Source of the DNA: a virus
Strand: one strand, 5' to 3'
Virus genome (UHGV): UHGV-0303171
Length of the DNA: 60,072 nucleotides
Position 1 is the stretch's first letter. Every line of letters starts with the position of its first letter. This document shows, piece after piece, positions 46,359 to 55,110 of the stretch. The notes beneath the pieces were generated by a model. That model made no database searches and had not been told where the DNA came from. It worked only from the letters and a program-made list of their open reading frames with translations. The position numbers and the translations under genes were made by a program.

Positions 46359-46456
46359 GCGTGGGAATCTCAGGAATGGCGGGAATGGCGGTTTCTGCTA
46401 CTCGAATCTCAGGAACGAGGTCTCTAGGACGAATTGGAACTACGCCTTCTGAATTT
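46359..46456 (+). repeat. DGR template repeat (TR)
   Basis: Non-coding copy between the target gene and the RT. It carries adenines at every position that differs in VR. Confidence 0.8.
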
Positions 46457-46639
46457 TATTATGCAAACATTACGCACCGCTGGGTGCTTGCACGGCATTT
46501 CGCAACAATAAGTTGTACCGAAAGGTCTTAAATAAGTAACAAGAAAGGGAGCTGGTGCCACGGCAGTGGTACTGGCAGTTTATACGAATTGGTATAGGCT
46601 GGGGCTAGTAGAAAAAACCGAAAGTCCCTCGGAACTAAA

Positions 46640-47845
46640 ATGAAACGATATTGCAAGAACATTGATATAACAAGCAGAGAATTAATCTCAGAAGCAACAT
46701 GGAGCTGTATAAGTAATAAAATTACACATAGCGACACAATTCACATGTTCATGGAATACACAGGACTTCCGTATCAGTTCTTGATGGATGTAGCTCAAGA
46801 GAGCAGATATATGCTTGACAGCATTGTAGAAACTGTCATAGATGGAATCCGACAAGAAATACTGGAACAGAAGTATATCGTGAAGAAAATCCGTTACAGA
46901 ATCAAGAAAGATTCTTGTACCGGAAAACTACGAAATATCGGAATCCAAGATATTAAACAGCAAATTTACGATTATATCGCAGTATACGGCTTGAAAGAAT
47001 TGTTTGAGAAGAAACTTGAGTTTTATCAATGCGGAGCAGTTAAGCGTAAAGGTAATGAATTTGGAGCTGGAGCTATCAAGAAATGGCTGGCAGATAAAAA
47101 TATCCGTTGGGCATGGCAATCTGATGTTCGACATTATTATGAAAACATAAACAAAAATGTTCTGAAAAAGATGTTGAAACGTGATGTGAAGAATGACAAG
47201 CTTCTTCATTTAGTGTTCTTCTTGATTGATACGTTCGAGTATGGACTTTCTATAGGTTCATATTTGAGCCAGTTCTTAGCAAATTACTATCTGAGCAAGG
47301 CTTATATCTATGCAAGTCAACAGTTTAAGGTTCGCAAGAGGAAAGATGAAACAGCCAAGAAAGTAAGGCTTGTGAGTCATGTATTATTCCAGATGGATGA
47401 TATCATTTTCTTCGGTCGCAGCAAGAAAGACATGCAAATGCTAGTAAAGAGATTTAACGGATATATCGATAAAGAGCTAGGACTTGAATTGAAAGAAACA
47501 GCTCATTTCATTGATTTGCAGACAGGATATGTAGATATTCTTGGACGGAAGATATCAAGAAAGAATCTGACGATACGTTCATCAACATTCTTGAAAGCAA
47601 GGAGAACTTATAAGAGGGCATATTCGTATGTCTGCCACGGGAAAGAGATTCCGCTGAAACTTGCAAGAAGTTGTGTCGCAAGATACGGAGCAATCAAACA
47701 CACGGATAGCAAGAGATTTCAAAGACGATACCACATTGAAACTATAAATAAGGCAACTAAGAAAGTAATCGGACGAGCCGCGAAAGGAGAACAACGTGAA
47801 TACAATGAGATTTTCGGAGAAACAGGAGAAAGTAAACATCTATGA
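46640..47845 (+). CDS. DGR-type reverse transcriptase
   Basis: RT motifs 1-7 are recognisable. Motif 4 is GLSIGSYLSQFLANYYL, which carries the DGR hallmark IGxxxSQ. The catalytic box is FQMDDIIFFG. There are no maturase or endonuclease domains. Confidence 0.9.
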   Translation: MKRYCKNIDITSRELISEATWSCISNKITHSDTIHMFMEYTGLPYQFLMDVAQESRYMLDSIVETVIDGIRQEILEQKYIVKKIRYRIKKDSCTGKLRNIGIQDIKQQIYDYIAVYGLKELFEKKLEFYQCGAVKRKGNEFGAGAIKKWLADKNIRWAWQSDVRHYYENINKNVLKKMLKRDVKNDKLLHLVFFLIDTFEYGLSIGSYLSQFLANYYLSKAYIYASQQFKVRKRKDETAKKVRLVSHVLFQMDDIIFFGRSKKDMQMLVKRFNGYIDKELGLELKETAHFIDLQTGYVDILGRKISRKNLTIRSSTFLKARRTYKRAYSYVCHGKEIPLKLARSCVARYGAIKHTDSKRFQRRYHIETINKATKKVIGRAAKGEQREYNEIFGETGESKHL

Positions 47846-48125
47846 GCTTGAAAACGGAGCGAGAGATGCTGTTATTCTAACAAATGAAAGAGTAGTTACA
47901 GAGACAGAACCGCTGGAAGATGACAAAGAAAAAGAGACTACAGCATATGAGTATGATGGAAACATCTTCCGTACTCACTCGCTGACAGCTGAACAGATCA
48001 AAGCTGATCCTGAGAGTTATCTAGACTACGAAGGAGATGATGCTCCTACAGACGCAATGGTTGAGTATGCAAACCTTAAAATTGACGAGTACACAGCGCA
48101 GCTGATGGAAGAAGGACTTATTTAA
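47796..48125 (+). CDS. acidic hypothetical protein
   Basis: GTG 47796 or ATG 47805 after an AAGGAGA RBS. It overlaps the RT 3' end by about 50 nt. Confidence 0.45.
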   Translation: MNTMRFSEKQEKVNIYELENGARDAVILTNERVVTETEPLEDDKEKETTAYEYDGNIFRTHSLTAEQIKADPESYLDYEGDDAPTDAMVEYANLKIDEYTAQLMEEGLI

Positions 48126-48143
48126 GAAAGGTGGTAGTAAACA

Positions 48144-48317
48144 ATGAGAATTTTAGTAGAGAGTCTGAAAAGACTGTACGAGAATGACAGAGTTACAAAG
48201 ACACAGCTTCAGAAGAGAGTAGAAAAAGGCGTCATCTCAATTGATGAATATAACTACATTGTCGGAGAGGATGCAGAAAAAACAGAAAATGAAAAAGCGG
48301 AACCGTCCGAAGAATAG
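48144..48317 (+). CDS. XkdX-family small protein
   Basis: LKRLYENDRVTKTQLQKRVEKGVISIDEYNYIVGED matches the XkdX pattern (rwyd.g.wtk.qv...V.kGkIT.eeYkeItGe). A GGTGG RBS is present. Confidence 0.6.
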   Translation: MRILVESLKRLYENDRVTKTQLQKRVEKGVISIDEYNYIVGEDAEKTENEKAEPSEE

Positions 48318-48331
48318 AGAGGGCAAAACCA

Positions 48332-48448
48332 TTGAAATACTTTTTTTATCAGACTTATGTCACGGCATTGCCAATCGTCTTGACAGCATTCATGGGTTAT
48401 GTTGTGTGGCTTTTAAAAAAATCAGAAGAAAGACAGGGATGCAAATAG
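48332..48448 (+). CDS. putative small single-TM protein (holin/antiholin-like), TTG start
   Basis: LKYFFYQTYVTALPIVLTAFMGYVVWLLKKSEERQGCK. A GAGAGGG RBS lies 10 nt upstream. The call is highly tentative. Confidence 0.25.
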   Translation: MKYFFYQTYVTALPIVLTAFMGYVVWLLKKSEERQGCK

Positions 48449-48649
48449 CAAAGGCACGATGCTTTTACTTAGAGTCCAGTTGATTGAATACCATGCCAAG
48501 TACATGAGGCTTGGATACATTCCATTCTATGCTTATCAGAATTTTTGTGAGATGTATGAAGCATATCATGAACTAGGCGGAAATGGAATGGTAACAAAAA
48601 TGAAACAGGAAATTGATGAGCTACATCTGAAACAGAAGGGAGAATAATC

Positions 48650-48826
48650 ATGACAGAACAGACAATTAAAGAAGTCATTAAGAGTTTCGCTTACGGATTA
48701 TCCGCAAAGGAAATCTCAGACAATGAAGGAACATCACTGGAAACTATGGAAAAATTTGCAGAGGAACACGCTGCGGAGATCGAGCAGAAGAAAGCAGAAC
48801 TGAAAGAAGGTGGATGGTATGAGTAA
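48650..48826 (+). CDS. hypothetical small protein
   Basis: 58-aa ORF after a GGGAGAATAA RBS. Its end overlaps the endolysin start. Confidence 0.4.
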   Translation: MTEQTIKEVIKSFAYGLSAKEISDNEGTSLETMEKFAEEHAAEIEQKKAELKEGGWYE

Positions 48827-49889
48827 ACTTATTATTGATGTATCTTACCACAACGGAGTCATTAACTGGGAAAAGGTAAAGGCATCTGGTTGTGCCGGAG
48901 CTATCCTTAGATGTGGTTACGGAGACAATATCGCATCACAGGATGATAAGCAGTGGGTGAGAAACCTTGCTGAATGTGAAAGACTTGGTATTCCGGTAGG
49001 AGTCTATCTGTACAGCTATGCTACTTGTGACAGACAGGCACAGAGTGAACTTGACCATATCTTACGATTGATTAAAGGTCATACATTCCAGTTACCGATT
49101 TTCATTGATGTAGAAGAACCAGGAACACAGCACTATGCTCCTAGATGTTGCGAGATCGTTTGCGAAGGACTTAAATCGAATGGGTATACTCCGGGAATCT
49201 ACGCTTCACTGAGTTGGTTTAGCAACCATCTTGGAAGTGTACGTGGCAAGTATATTGAATGGATGGCAAGATACAAAAATCTTCCGGAAGATACATACAA
49301 TGGTCAGTATGCTATTTGGCAGTATGCTTCTGACGGACAGGTAGATGGAGTCAGTGGAAGAGTAGATGTCAACCATTGTTATATGGAATTTGGTGGAAGT
49401 GTTCAGCCTGTTACACCGGCAACACCGTCTAAACCAGCAGAGAAGAAAGACTTAGGACAGGTCGATATCACATATCAGGCTTATACAACTAAGTGGTGGC
49501 CGGCAGTAACGAACAAAGCGGACTGGGCTGGCAAAGGAGATGATGTTCCAATCAAGTGGCTTGCCATAAAGGTAAGCAAGGGAAGCATCCGCTGTCGAGT
49601 ATACACAAGAAAGAATGGTTGGCTTCCGTACCTTACATTCGGCAACAGCTACAATCTGAATGACAAGGTCAATGGGATCCTCGGAGATGGTTCAGAGATT
49701 CTTGCTATCGAGCTGTACTATATCACACCGGATGGATATAAGTACAAGATGGTCCACTACAGAGTTTCTGTACAGAACAACAAGAACTTCTACGCAGATC
49801 AGGTCGATACACTGAAAGCAAGTGGCATGGACGGATTCGCCGGAGACAAATACAGATTCATTGACAAGTTTCAGGCTTGGATTGAGTAA
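48819..49889 (+). CDS. endolysin, GH25 muramidase domain plus C-terminal domain of about 170 aa
   Basis: The N-terminus IDVSYHNGVINWEKVKASGCAGAILRCGYG is the GH25 N-terminal signature. The catalytic residues lie in DVEEPG. An AAGGTGG RBS is present. Confidence 0.85.
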   Translation: MSKLIIDVSYHNGVINWEKVKASGCAGAILRCGYGDNIASQDDKQWVRNLAECERLGIPVGVYLYSYATCDRQAQSELDHILRLIKGHTFQLPIFIDVEEPGTQHYAPRCCEIVCEGLKSNGYTPGIYASLSWFSNHLGSVRGKYIEWMARYKNLPEDTYNGQYAIWQYASDGQVDGVSGRVDVNHCYMEFGGSVQPVTPATPSKPAEKKDLGQVDITYQAYTTKWWPAVTNKADWAGKGDDVPIKWLAIKVSKGSIRCRVYTRKNGWLPYLTFGNSYNLNDKVNGILGDGSEILAIELYYITPDGYKYKMVHYRVSVQNNKNFYADQVDTLKASGMDGFAGDKYRFIDKFQAWIE

Positions 49890-49907
49890 GACTGCAACTG
49901 TTCCAAA

Positions 49908-49944
49908 AAACAAAAATCCCGGGTGAAATTCCCGGGTTCTTTTT
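49908..49944. terminator. bidirectional intrinsic terminator
   Basis: The palindromic stem CCCGGG-tgaaatt-CCCGGG is flanked by an A-run on the 5' side and a T-run on the 3' side. It lies between the convergent endolysin and XRE genes. Confidence 0.65.
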
Positions 49945-50560
49945 ATTTCTTTTTATCGTTATTCTTTCTTGTTTGACCAGTCATTGTGTAACCGTTTTTG
50001 TTTTCACATGCAGCTTCACGACCTCTTTGCAAAGCGATATTTAAAGAAGCAAGGTCAGGCATTATATTATCTTCATTGACAAGTTCTCCTCTTGCTTTTT
50101 CCATAAGGAAGTTGTCGTAAACAGCTTGACAGATATTAACTCTCGACCGCATAGAGCAGTGATTGTTGGCTGTCAGCATATTTAATTGCTCGTGCCATGA
50201 GGAACCAGTGTCCCCGAACATACAGTAAGCCATTTGGCGAATATCACGCTCGGTGTAGCTTGTGTTTATGTAAGCATGAATACAGTCAACCATCTTTTCA
50301 ATTTCTGTATTGTCAACAGTCAAGAATTTATCAGGGTATCGGTAGCTGAGAATGTACTTTTCCATGTTTAATCCTAGCACCGAGAACCACTTTTCTAATG
50401 TTCTGTAACCAGGCTCACCTATTCCGGATTCCCAGTTCTGAATTGTAGTGACTGACTTTCCGAGAGCTTGAGCCATTTGTTTTCTTGTTTTTCCGGCATC
50501 TGTTCTTGATTTAGCAAGCATGTTACCGAAATTCTGTGCTCTTTCAATCTCAGATGACAT
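49943..50560 (-). CDS. XRE-family HTH transcriptional regulator with C-terminal domain (repressor-like)
   Basis: RKQMAQALGKSVTTIQNWESG is the HTH. The start is placed at the minus-strand ATG whose upstream GGGAGGT RBS lies at plus-strand 50569-50575. The track ORF extends further. Confidence 0.6.
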   Translation of the reverse strand: MSSEIERAQNFGNMLAKSRTDAGKTRKQMAQALGKSVTTIQNWESGIGEPGYRTLEKWFSVLGLNMEKYILSYRYPDKFLTVDNTEIEKMVDCIHAYINTSYTERDIRQMAYCMFGDTGSSWHEQLNMLTANNHCSMRSRVNICQAVYDNFLMEKARGELVNEDNIMPDLASLNIALQRGREAACENKNGYTMTGQTRKNNDKKK

Positions 50561-50761
50561 AAAAAATTTTACCTCCCTTTTGCCATTTCGCAACCAAAAA
50601 ATTGTGTTTCAAATTTTAAAAAATAAAGACATAATATTTTACGTCTATTTTTCACGGATGCAAACAAAAAAATTAATGCATAATTATAAAAAATTTAATA
50701 AGTAATTTTTCCTCCGTTTCCGCTATAATAAAAACAAATTTTAAAAAAGGAGGACAAACAC

Positions 50762-50965
50762 ATGAAAGAATTTTTAAACACTATTGCATACTTATTATCG
50801 GTGAGACCGATTATTGGTGAAACTGAGTACATGAGACAGTTGTCTTCCTACATTGGAACGATTGTCCCAGAGTCAAAGTCAGACCAATTTGATCGATTTC
50901 CTCTTGCATCTTACACCAGTGCTGACAATCTTGCAAGTGATATTTTCAAATTTATTAATGATTAA
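50762..50965 (+). CDS. hypothetical protein
   Basis: 67-aa ORF after an AAAGGAGGA RBS. Confidence 0.45.
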   Translation: MKEFLNTIAYLLSVRPIIGETEYMRQLSSYIGTIVPESKSDQFDRFPLASYTSADNLASDIFKFIND

Positions 50966-51171
50966 TTCTTAACAAGTACTATTAAATTCTCTTATAGCAG
51001 TTTTAGGAGGGGGGGTTCTATGAAGTATAAAGACGTAAAAGAATATTATAGAATAACAATTATCGAATACACGAATGAAATAGAAAATGAAAGTAATTTG
51101 AAAACGTTGTTCCATTTTGCCAAAGTATGTTTTGAAGAGGAAAAAAGAAAGGAGACGTAAGTCTCCCTTCC

Positions 51172-51558
51172 TCAATTTTTTGAAATAAACGTTTTATAGA
51201 AGTTACAAAAAAGTTTTTTCTTGTCATCATCCATATAATAGTAGTCCATTACCATATTCACAAAATCTTTATCAGTCTGAACAATTTTCTGAACAATTTT
51301 CAGGAATTCGTCTAACGATTCATCTTCTATATATGGATGATCGTCTGTTAGCTGAGTTTTCAAAACTCTAAAATAATCAGCAATCTCTTGAATTTTACCA
51401 GCTTTAGGAAGAATCTTCCCTTTACACCATGTATTAAATGTTGTATAAGAAAATCCCAACTCTTCGGCTACTTCTTTTTGTTGTTTTCCGCTCTTGGCAA
51501 TGTAGTAATTCAAGTTCTTAGCAAATATCTTCTTTTGCTCTTCATCGGTATATGACAT
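51172..51558 (-). CDS. CI-like XRE-family repressor
   Basis: QKEVAEELGFSYTTFNTWCKG is the HTH. The RBS is GGAGGTGTGAG. The gene is divergent from the Cro-like gene. Confidence 0.65.
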   Translation of the reverse strand: MSYTDEEQKKIFAKNLNYYIAKSGKQQKEVAEELGFSYTTFNTWCKGKILPKAGKIQEIADYFRVLKTQLTDDHPYIEDESLDEFLKIVQKIVQTDKDFVNMVMDYYYMDDDKKKLFCNFYKTFISKN

Positions 51559-51597
51559 TCTCACACCTCCTCTCTTGCATTGAATATAGTAACACAC

Positions 51598-51680
51598 AAT
51601 CCTAAAAAATTCAATACAAATCCTAAAAATATCAATTTACGTATTGACAATCCAAAAAAATAGGATTATAGTATAATCAC
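51598..51680. promoter_or_regulatory. divergent promoter/operator region with ATCCTAAAA repeats
   Basis: AATCCTAAAAA occurs at 51598 and 51619. The palindrome ATCCAAAAAAATAGGAT at 51651-51667 overlaps TTGACA at 51644-51649. A fourth palindrome ATCCTAAAATTTAGGAT lies at 51920-51936. Confidence 0.5.
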
Positions 51681-51707
51681 AGAAACAAACGAAAGGAGGG
51701 AAACGAA

Positions 51708-51926
51708 ATGTTTGATACTTACAAAGTACCTAGAATTTCTATCGCAGCTTGTAGAGTTAACGCAAGAATGAAACAGAGAGAATTCGCTGAAAAACTTGGG
51801 GTTTCAATATCTACAGTAACTAACTGGGAACTTGGAAAAACAGAACCAGATTTAAGCCAGCTTAGAACTATCAGTGAAATTTCTGGAATTCCTATGGATT
51901 TTATTTTTGTGCAAAGAGTATCCTAA
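51708..51926 (+). CDS. Cro-like XRE-family HTH protein
   Basis: QREFAEKLGVSISTVTNWELGKTEP is the HTH. An AAAGGAGGGAAACG RBS is present. Confidence 0.65.
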   Translation: MFDTYKVPRISIAACRVNARMKQREFAEKLGVSISTVTNWELGKTEPDLSQLRTISEISGIPMDFIFVQRVS

Positions 51927-51960
51927 AATTTAGGATTTAAAAACAGAGAAAGGAGAAAAA

Positions 51961-52140
51961 ATGGTTAAGACAAAGGGTTATTCAAATGAAGAAGATGTGA
52001 AGACGCTGAGAGATTGCGTAGAATTTTATGCACTTTCCATTTGCGAAGACATGGAAAAAGGAGAGGGAATTGAAAGAACATTACAGAGATGCAAAATTCT
52101 CAATTCCCTTGTTGGAGCATTAGCGACTATCGGTAGTTAG
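51961..52140 (+). CDS. hypothetical small protein
   Basis: 59-aa ORF after an AAAGGAGAAAAA RBS. Confidence 0.4.
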   Translation: MVKTKGYSNEEDVKTLRDCVEFYALSICEDMEKGEGIERTLQRCKILNSLVGALATIGS

Positions 52141-52309
52141 AAAGATTGAATGGGTTCTTAGCTACATCGACAGAGTTTTCTCCGGTAGGAAGTTCTTTGA
52201 TGATTTCAGAGTAGTATTGGTCGTACATTTCCTTGAACTCATCGAAAGAACCAGTAAAGCCGCAACACTTAGCAGTTGCATAGGAAGAAGCAAGTTGATT
52301 ATTATCCAT
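52127..52309 (-). CDS. hypothetical small protein
   Basis: 60 aa. A strong minus-strand AAGGAGGTG RBS is present. Confidence 0.45.
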   Translation of the reverse strand: MDNNQLASSYATAKCCGFTGSFDEFKEMYDQYYSEIIKELPTGENSVDVAKNPFNLSNYR

Positions 52310-52382
52310 TTCAAATTCACCTCCTTATATCAATTTAAGGAGATTATAACACAGAAAAATATATTTAGAAAGGCGATACAAG

Positions 52383-53090
52383 ATGAACGAAATTAAATTA
52401 TTTACAAATAAAGAATTTGGTGAAATCAGAACAATGAATATTGATGAAGAACCGTGGTTCGTTGGAAAAGATGTGGCAGAAGCACTTGGATATTCCAACG
52501 CAAGTAAAGCTGTTTCTACTCATGTTGGAGAAGAAGATAGGATTTTAAAAGTACTTGAAGCAGATTCCCAAAATGGGAATGTGGTAAAAACGCAGACAGC
52601 ACTTATCAATGAATCCGGCTTATACGCATTAATCTTTGGGAGTAAGTTGGAATCCGCTAAGAGATTCAAGCACTGGGTTACATCAGAAGTGCTTCCGGCA
52701 ATCAGAAAGACTGGTTCTTATCAGAAACCAATGAGTCCAGTAGAAATGATGCGTATTCAGTTAGGTATGATTGACGACCATGAGGGACGTATTACAGAAC
52801 TCGAACAGAATATGACGATTGATTACGGACAGCAGATGTCACTTGGAGATATCGTCAACAGGGTTGTGGTTGATTCTCTTGGCGGTAAAGATAGTAACGC
52901 ATATCACGAAATTGGCAGAAAAGTATTTTCCGAGTGTAACAGGGATTTGAAGCATTACTTTAATGTGAATGCTCGCAACAACGTTCCGAAGAAGAAATTC
53001 GATGAAGCTGTTGATTACGTGAAGAACTGGCAACCATGCACTAACACAAGGATTATGATTCAGGAATGCAATGCACAGTTGAGTATGTAG
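52383..53090 (+). CDS. antirepressor (Bro-N domain protein)
   Basis: FGEIRTMNIDEEPWFVGKDVAEALGY...INESGLYALIFGSKLESAKRFKHWVTSEVLPAIRKTGSY matches the Bro-N consensus. Confidence 0.8.
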   Translation: MNEIKLFTNKEFGEIRTMNIDEEPWFVGKDVAEALGYSNASKAVSTHVGEEDRILKVLEADSQNGNVVKTQTALINESGLYALIFGSKLESAKRFKHWVTSEVLPAIRKTGSYQKPMSPVEMMRIQLGMIDDHEGRITELEQNMTIDYGQQMSLGDIVNRVVVDSLGGKDSNAYHEIGRKVFSECNRDLKHYFNVNARNNVPKKKFDEAVDYVKNWQPCTNTRIMIQECNAQLSM

Positions 53091-53103
53091 GAGGTGCAAC
53101 ACA

Positions 53104-53346
53104 ATGATAAACAAACTTAATCATGAGAAAGTAAACGGAGATTCCGAAGAACTGCACGCACTGAAAGGGTTCAAGGTCTTATCTGTTGGTAACGGAACAA
53201 TCGGAGAAGAGTGTGCGTTGAGAATCATGCTGATGAACGAGAACAACGTTGCTGTTGATTTAAGCATCACGGAAGGCGGAGCGTACCTCAGCGATTTCTG
53301 CGCACTGACAGAGGACATGATTCCTCGTAACTATGAGGATAAATAA
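53104..53346 (+). CDS. hypothetical protein
   Basis: 80-aa ORF after a GGAGGTG RBS. Confidence 0.45.
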   Translation: MINKLNHEKVNGDSEELHALKGFKVLSVGNGTIGEECALRIMLMNENNVAVDLSITEGGAYLSDFCALTEDMIPRNYEDK

Positions 53347-53523
53347 ATGTTAGATGTAATTGATATCAAAAGGAAGAGGCTTGAAGTAATTGATATCCGA
53401 AGAGAACTCCAGGTGATGGAAGAAGATGAATCTTACGATGACCTGACACCATTTCTTGTAGGAGTGATATCGGTAGCTTTACCACTTCTTATGACAGCGG
53501 TATGGGTGATATGCGGATATTAA
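53347..53523 (+). CDS. hypothetical small membrane protein
   Basis: 58 aa with a C-terminal TM helix. Confidence 0.35.
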   Translation: MLDVIDIKRKRLEVIDIRRELQVMEEDESYDDLTPFLVGVISVALPLLMTAVWVICGY

Positions 53524-53600
53524 AAAGAGTGCCATAACAAAGGCGGCAACCTTCTGGCACTCGGCTATAAAACCAACTTAATAATAGCATAGGAGGAGAA

Positions 53601-53762
53601 ATGAAACAACCAAAGAAACTTTCATTGTGGCAAAAGAAGTGTTTAGCAGCACATTATCTGAACGCAAAAGACTGGATGCTTCTTGAGGAAACAGAATTCT
53701 ACTTGAAGATTATCAATAAGTACACGAACAAGACGAAGAGCATTGATAAATTTAGGAGGTGA
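53601..53762 (+). CDS. hypothetical small protein
   Basis: 53-aa ORF after an AGGAGGAGAA RBS. Confidence 0.35.
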   Translation: MKQPKKLSLWQKKCLAAHYLNAKDWMLLEETEFYLKIINKYTNKTKSIDKFRR

Positions 53763-53765
53763 ACC

Positions 53766-53942
53766 ATGAAAACAAGAGGACTTACCGAAGAAGAATCAGA
53801 GATTGTGTCTGCTGCTGGATTAAAACCGGGAGAATGGGAGTGTGCATTAGAAGATTTTGCATACTTACATATAATAAGGAAGAATTGCAAAAACAGAGCA
53901 ATTATCGACAAAGAGAAAGGAGCGCTTATCCGATTTGTATAA
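53766..53942 (+). CDS. hypothetical small protein
   Basis: 58-aa ORF after a GGAGGTGAACC RBS. Confidence 0.4.
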   Translation: MKTRGLTEEESEIVSAAGLKPGEWECALEDFAYLHIIRKNCKNRAIIDKEKGALIRFV

Positions 53943-54086
53943 ATGTGATGATAACTTTGAACCAGAAGAACCTGATGTAGAATGCACTTGTTGTGGATGC
54001 AAAATCGATGACGGAGATTACATGTACTGCATATCAGGAGAAATACTATGTGAGGATTGTTTAAACGATCAGTATAGGAGGATTGT

Positions 54087-54284
54087 ATGAACGAGATTAT
54101 AAAAGTAACTATTCCAATGGAAACGCTCATGGGATTGCTGAGAAAGGAAGCGGAACTCAGGGTATTGAAAGGACATATCAGTGCTGAAATCGAATCAGAA
54201 TCAAGTGATTATATTGATAAAAAGAAAATCGCAAGTATTTGTTCTATTTCATTCAATAAGGAAAACGAGGGAGGGGGATTCTGA
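54087..54284 (+). CDS. hypothetical protein
   Basis: 65-aa ORF after an AGGAGGATTG RBS. Confidence 0.4.
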   Translation: MNEIIKVTIPMETLMGLLRKEAELRVLKGHISAEIESESSDYIDKKKIASICSISFNKENEGGGF

Positions 54285-55096
54285 TGGCTGGATTATCAAT
54301 TCCACAAAGCGAATATAGAGCGCATCCAGCAATCAGTAAATCGGACTTGTTCAAGATTACAAAGTCTCCACTTCATTTTAAATGGTCAATGGAGAACAAG
54401 GAAGACAAAACAGCAGCACTCATTTTCGGAAGTGCGTGCCACAAGTATATTCTTGAGCGTGATGATTTTGATAGTGAATTTGCTGTTGCTCTGAACGTAG
54501 ACAGACGAACAAAAGATGGTAAAGAAGAATATGCTAAGTGGCTAGAAGAAAATGAGGGAAAAGATGTAGTTTCTTCTGATGATATGGAGAAAATCAAAGC
54601 CATGGCACAAGTGATCGATTCCAACAGGTTTGCAAAGAGACTTCTTTCCGGTGAACATGAAAAGTCATTCTTTTGGACTGATGAACAAACGGAAGAAGAA
54701 TGCAAGTGTAGACCGGATGATATTACCATTATTGGAAATCAGCACATCCTTGTTGATTATAAGACTACGGACAACGCAGAGACAGAAGCTTTCAGAGCGT
54801 CTGCAATCAAATATGGATATGATCTGCAAGCCGGTATGTACTGTGAGGGTTACAAGGCGAACACCGGGGAAGATGCGATATTCATTTTCGTGGCACAGGA
54901 AAAGAAACCGCCGTATGCAATCAACATTCTTCAAGCCGATGAATACATGATGATTGAGGGAAAGAACTTGTTTCACGATTTGATGGAAATATACCATAAC
55001 TGCAAGGTTACTGACAACTGGTATGGATACATGGGCGAAACCGGGGACGTACAGAGTCTTGGATTGCCAAAATGGTTACAGAAAGAATTTGAATAG
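54284..55096 (+). CDS. PD-(D/E)XK-family exonuclease (YqaJ/lambda-Exo-like partner of RecT)
   Basis: 270 aa immediately upstream of recT. An acidic and Lys catalytic-core pattern (ILVDYKTT) is present. Confidence 0.55.
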   Translation: MAGLSIPQSEYRAHPAISKSDLFKITKSPLHFKWSMENKEDKTAALIFGSACHKYILERDDFDSEFAVALNVDRRTKDGKEEYAKWLEENEGKDVVSSDDMEKIKAMAQVIDSNRFAKRLLSGEHEKSFFWTDEQTEEECKCRPDDITIIGNQHILVDYKTTDNAETEAFRASAIKYGYDLQAGMYCEGYKANTGEDAIFIFVAQEKKPPYAINILQADEYMMIEGKNLFHDLMEIYHNCKVTDNWYGYMGETGDVQSLGLPKWLQKEFE

Positions 55097-55110
55097 GAGG
55101 ACAAACAACT

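Larger units (their letters stand above)
44748..47845 (+). mobile_element. diversity-generating retroelement cassette (target-VR, TR, spacer, RT)
   Basis: See the component features. Confidence 0.8.

Noticed and set aside
46640-47845. RT as retron, group II intron or Abi-type RT
   Set aside because: There is no maturase (X) or endonuclease domain and no flanking intron-like RNA domains V/VI. The motif-4 IGxxxSQ signature plus the adjacent TR/VR pair with A-only mismatches specifically indicate a DGR.
47796-48125. Candidate DGR accessory protein Avd after the RT
   Set aside because: The protein is strongly acidic (E/D-rich). Avd proteins are small, basic helical bundles and usually lie between target and TR.
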